From positions 32,001 through 96,000 of the forward strand of contig JBDGQO010000033.1 of assembly GCA_042219045.1 (NCBI GenBank): 64,000 nucleotides of DNA, written 5' to 3'. The notes under the pieces were generated by a model. That model was not told where the DNA came from, made no database searches, and saw nothing but the letters and a program-made list of their open reading frames with translations. This stretch comes from Candidatus Bipolaricaulia bacterium (GTDB taxonomy: Bacteria; Bipolaricaulota; Bipolaricaulia; RBG-16-55-9). Shown in pieces: positions 62,514-64,000 of this stretch. How positions within the stretch are numbered: the stretch's first letter is position 1; every line of letters starts with the position of its first letter. The position numbers and the translations under genes were made by a program.

Positions 62514-64000
62514 TCAACCGCACACGGCGCCATCGGCGGCGGACCCAACGAGCCGGGCATACTTTGCCAGTACCCCCAACGATGCGTCCGCTCGACCGGG
62601 TGAGTCCCGATTGCGCCGCCTGCGCTCCAGTTCGTCGTCGCTGACGTGCAGTTCCAACGCGTGCTGATCGGCGTCAATCGTGATCTCATCGCCATCATGC
62701 ACGAGCCCAATCGGTCCACCGACGGCTGCCTCGGGGGCGACATGCCCCACAACGAGACCGTGTGTTCCGCCCGAAAAACGGCCGTCGGTGATCAGCCCAA
62801 CGTCCTCGCTCAACCCCGCACCGACAAGTGCCGAGGTGGGCCCAAGCATCTCGCGCATTCCAGGGCCGCCCTTCGGCCCTTCGTTGCGAATCACGGCGAC
62901 ATCGCCGGCTGCCATGCTGCCGTCCAGGATAACCGCCATGGCCGCTTCCTCGGAGTTGAACACGCGCGCTGGACCCCGGATCGAGCGCCGCTTGATGCCG
63001 GTCGTTTTAGCCACGGCCCCCTCGTCCGCCAGGTTGCCCCTCAGAATGGACAGATGGCCCTCGGGATAGACGGGATCACTCCACGGCCGAATGACGGCCT
63101 GTCCGCTCGGCGGTTCCGCGGGCACATCATCCAATACTTGACGGAGCGTCTGCCCGTTGACGTTGAGCGTGTCGCCATGGAGTTGCCCGCGATCCAGCAG
63201 GATCTTGAGCACTTGGGGCACGCCGCCGGCCTCGTGGAAGTCGACCGTCACGTAACGCCCGGACGGTTTGAGGTCGCAGAGAACGGGCACCTGGCGACGG
63301 ATCCGTTCGAAGTCGTCCAGGTGGAGCTCGATGCCGACCGTGCGAGCCATCGCCAGAAGATGGAGCACGGCGTTGGTCGATCCGCCGAGCGCCATCGTGA
63401 GGGCAACGGCGTTCTCGAACGCCTCGTGCGTCAACAGATCGCTGGGACGCAGGTCGTTCTGGATGGCCTCGACCAGGGCTTGCGCTGACCGAGCGGCGCT
63501 GTCGGCCTTCTCGTGATCTTCGGCCGCCATCGTGGACGAGTAGGGCAGACTGAGCCCCATCGTCTCGAAGATCGAGGACATCGTGTTCGCCGTGAACATG
63601 CCGCCGCAGGCGCCGGGGCCAGGGCAGGCATGGCGTTCGATCTCGCCCAATTCGGCGTCGTCGATGCGGCCTGAACTGCGCGCGCCGACGGCCTCGAAGA
63701 CGCTCACGATCGTCAGGTCTTGGTCGTTGTAGCGCCCTGGCTTGATCGTGCCGCCGTAGACGAAGATCGACGGGATGTCCAGACGGGCCATCGCCAGCGC
63801 CGCCCCCGGCATGTTCTTGTCGCAGCCGCCGAGCGCCAGGACGCCATCGTGACGTCCCGCGTTCGCGACGGTCTCGATGGCGTCGGCGATCACCTCGCGG
63901 CTGACGAGGGAATACTTCATCCCTTGAGTCCCCATCGAGATGGCGTCGGAGACGGTGATCGTCCCGAACGCCTGCGGCATGGCGCCGGCATGATAGAGCG
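62514..64000 (-). CDS. ilvD: Dihydroxy-acid dehydratase (5' end beyond window)
   Basis: [48 protein letters not shown]. Confidence 0.97.
   Translation of the reverse strand, partial: LYHAGAMPQAFGTITVSDAISMGTQGMKYSLVSREVIADAIETVANAGRHDGVLALGGCDKNMPGAALAMARLDIPSIFVYGGTIKPGRYNDQDLTIVSVFEAVGARSSGRIDDAELGEIERHACPGPGACGGMFTANTMSSIFETMGLSLPYSSTMAAEDHEKADSAARSAQALVEAIQNDLRPSDLLTHEAFENAVALTMALGGSTNAVLHLLAMARTVGIELHLDDFERIRRQVPVLCDLKPSGRYVTVDFHEAGGVPQVLKILLDRGQLHGDTLNVNGQTLRQVLDDVPAEPPSGQAVIRPWSDPVYPEGHLSILRGNLADEGAVAKTTGIKRRSIRGPARVFNSEEAAMAVILDGSMAAGDVAVIRNEGPKGGPGMREMLGPTSALVGAGLSEDVGLITDGRFSGGTHGLVVGHVAPEAAVGGPIGLVHDGDEITIDADQHALELHVSDDELERRRRNRDSPGRADASLGVLAKYARLVGSAADGAVCG

Noticed and set aside
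1..64000. CRISPR arrays, IS elements, prophage genes, rRNA, recoded stop codons
   Set aside because: I saw no regularly spaced repeats, transposase or phage motifs, rRNA signatures, or interrupted conserved genes.

Overview
High-GC bacterial chromosome segment, about 65% GC by eye, densely coding and mostly housekeeping. It carries prmC-ftsE-ftsX, yacL-ispD, a two-subunit exported M16 peptidase, a vWA protein with mazG-like and nth, dsbA-VKOR, mutS, a vanX-like gene, trxA-doxX-csoR-like divergent from a Crp/Fnr regulator, lgt, pyrG-lptC-lptB, an acyl-CoA dehydrogenase, miaB-ispG, glyA, rho-murA-hflX, holB, a wecA-like gene, tRNA-Gln-rnc, tRNA-Arg(GCG), pyk-arcC-xseA, sdhCDAB, ispA-asp23-menG, dtd, rpmF, hisN, an amidase, pgsA, pheST and a partial ilvD. 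Many proteins are strongly Asp/Glu-rich, which suggests a halophile. The gene mix is compatible with a deep-branching lineage such as Bipolaricaulota, but that is an untested inference. I saw no CRISPR array, transposase, integrase or prophage, and nothing that clearly amounts to a new multi-gene system. The best leads are an FtsE that has lost four ATPase motifs, a Cys-less CsoR-family protein in a thioredoxin/DoxX/Crp redox module with a perfect palindrome, an unannotated Phe-rich 29-aa ORF with a strong RBS, a candidate leader peptide/attenuator before pheS, a twin-Cx6C insertion in DsbA, an archaeal-type PyrG, a Cys-to-Asp MurA and a tRNA-Arg(GCG). All family assignments come from motif recognition by eye, not database searches.
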